Source: Methanothermococcus okinawensis IH1 (GTDB taxonomy: Archaea > AGJL01 > Methanococci > Methanococcales > Methanococcaceae). From it: 24,000 nucleotides of DNA. Below the pieces are notes generated by a model, which was not told the DNA's origin, ran no database searches, and saw only the letters and a list, made by a program, of their open reading frames with translations. This document shows, piece after piece, positions 22,453-24,000 of the stretch (its first letter is position 1; every line of letters begins with the position of its first letter). A program made the translations under genes and the position numbers. The stretch spans positions 697,495-721,494 of the forward strand of contig NC_015636.1 in NCBI RefSeq assembly GCF_000179575.2. The letters run 5' to 3'.

Positions 22453-24000
22453 ATGAACTATAAAATGAAGATGATAATTATGGAAATAGGCATATTGGAT
22501 ATAAAAGGTTCATTACCTTGTTTTGAAAGTTTTGGAAATCTACCTACAAAGATAATAGATGAAAATAATTTTTCAGAAATTAAAGACTTGAATATGTTAA
22601 TTATACCAGGAGGAAGTTTAGTTGAAAGCGGTTCATTAAACGAAAACTTAAAAAAGCACATATTAGAATATGATGGAATAATAGTTGGAATATGCAGTGG
22701 ATTTCAAATATTATCTGAGAAAATAGATGTTGGCAGAAAAAGTCCAGTCCCCATTATTAAAGAAGGTTTAGGGCTATTAAATGTTGAATTTTCACCACTT
22801 ATTTGCACAGACAGGGTTGAATTTGAATTAAAAAATGAAAGCATATTTGGAAAACCCCATGATGTTGGAAATGGCTTCCACTGCCACACATACGGCAATA
22901 TAAAGATAACAAATAAAAAAACAAAAGAACTATGCACCTCAAAAATCAAAAAATTAAACTACAAAATAGTTGGAGATGTAGATATTATATCTGGTGTTTA
23001 TTATAAAAATATCTTTGGAACAATGGTGCATGGATTTTTAGATAACAAAAATATTAAGGAAAATATATTTAATTCATTGAATATTGATGAAAATGAAAAG
23101 GAGCTCATATTAAAAAAAAATAATGATATAACCCATAGATTAAAAGCTAAATCCATAATAAATACTAACGCCAATAATACTAATGATACCAATACCACCA
23201 ATATTAATAATAGGAGCTCCTTCCAATCACCTTTAAAAGAAAGTGATGAAAAAAAAGGATTAATTTTATTAGCAACAGGCTCTGAAAGTGGAAAAACCTT
23301 TTTAACAACAAGTATAGTTTCAAAATTAGATAAAAAAACTTTTGTTGCAAAAATAGGTCCTGATGTAAGGGATATTGTTCCATCACTATATATGTTAAGA
23401 GAACCTATGTTAAAATACAGCAGTATAAAAATCGCAGATAGGGGTTGGTGTGATGCTGAGGAGTTTCTAAAATTTGTTAAAGATTCAGATTATACTTATT
23501 ATATCATTGAAGGAGTAATGGGTGCATTTACAGGAGCATTAAATAAAAAAAATTACAGTGGAGCCGAAATATCGAAAACATTGAAATTCCCAGTATATAT
23601 AGTAGCATCATGTAGTAAAAGCGGTATTGAAGGAGCATTTGTAGAGAGTTTTGGATATTATACCTTGTTAAAGGAAATGGGGGTTAATGTTAAGGGAATA
23701 ATATTAAATAAGGTATATAATTTTGAAGTATTTGAAAAGGTAAAAAAAATAGGAAATGAAATTGGATTATCTATATTAGGAGTTGGAAAGGCAAATATGA
23801 ATAAAAGAGGTTTAATGCCAGAGGTTGAAATAGATTATGAAAATTTCTGTAAAAATGCCATGAATATAGACATAGGGCTCGAAATTCCGAAACTTGAAAC
23901 CATCAATAAAAGATACGATAATACTAATAAAAATAATAATAAAAATAATTATAAAGACTTTGAATATTATTTAAAAAAATGGGTTAATCATTTAAAATAA
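22453..24000 (+). CDS. CbiA/CobB-family a,c-diamide-synthase-like amidotransferase with reversed domain order (N-terminal CobBQ-type GATase, C-terminal DTBS/CobB-type ATPase)
   Basis: The N-terminal half has IIPGG, the nucleophile motif GICSGFQIL (Cys81, nt 22693-22695) and [10 protein letters not shown] (CobQ-like GTYxHGxFDN). After an Asn/Thr-rich linker the C-terminal half has the P-loop [10 protein letters not shown] (nt 23278-23298), KIGPDVRD (compare KVGPDYID), [11 protein letters not shown] (compare EGVMGLYDG) and KGIILNKV (compare GVILNRV). The stop is at 23998-24000. The true start may be one of the Mets at residues 5, 7 or 10, and there is no obvious RBS. Confidence 0.6.
   Translation: MNYKMKMIIMEIGILDIKGSLPCFESFGNLPTKIIDENNFSEIKDLNMLIIPGGSLVESGSLNENLKKHILEYDGIIVGICSGFQILSEKIDVGRKSPVPIIKEGLGLLNVEFSPLICTDRVEFELKNESIFGKPHDVGNGFHCHTYGNIKITNKKTKELCTSKIKKLNYKIVGDVDIISGVYYKNIFGTMVHGFLDNKNIKENIFNSLNIDENEKELILKKNNDITHRLKAKSIINTNANNTNDTNTTNINNRSSFQSPLKESDEKKGLILLATGSESGKTFLTTSIVSKLDKKTFVAKIGPDVRDIVPSLYMLREPMLKYSSIKIADRGWCDAEEFLKFVKDSDYTYYIIEGVMGAFTGALNKKNYSGAEISKTLKFPVYIVASCSKSGIEGAFVESFGYYTLLKEMGVNVKGIILNKVYNFEVFEKVKKIGNEIGLSILGVGKANMNKRGLMPEVEIDYENFCKNAMNIDIGLEIPKLETINKRYDNTNKNNNKNNYKDFEYYLKKWVNHLK

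Overview
AT-rich archaeal chromosome segment (about 30% G+C outside the RNA genes, estimated by eye). It is almost certainly from a member of the Methanococcales. The evidence is the gene content: GatE, PolD large subunit, an MtxX-like methanogen protein, an MJ1494-like AAA ATPase and an MthK-type K+ channel. The strongly GC-rich rRNAs in an AT-rich genome suggest a thermophile. I support 15 protein-coding genes. There is a complete minus-strand rRNA operon (16S, tRNA-Ala(UGC), 23S, 5S), immediately followed in the same orientation by an RNase P RNA gene. The PolD DP2 gene is interrupted in frame by a 500-codon LAGLIDADG intein exactly at the catalytic KRRN/CDGDED motif. I see no CRISPR array, transposase, prophage or recognisable defence island, so this is core-genome DNA. 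The most unusual signal is not a gene. The palindromic hexamer GAGCTC occurs 30 times by my manual count, 29 of them in the roughly 19 kb of AT-rich DNA, against about 1 expected from base composition. It occurs in all three reading frames, on both strands and in intergenic DNA. The 5-mer GAGCT is almost always completed by C. This points to a hexamer-specific DNA-level process, such as methylation-linked mismatch repair or a selected protein-binding site, rather than coding constraint. Other points worth a second look: a CbiA/CobB-like amidotransferase with apparently reversed (circularly permuted) domain order; Asn-rich slippage-type insertions in several conserved proteins; a HerA-type ATPase without a NurA partner; and a textbook bulge-helix-bulge motif flanking the 16S rRNA. 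All coordinates of RNA ends are by eye, +/- 5-20 nt.
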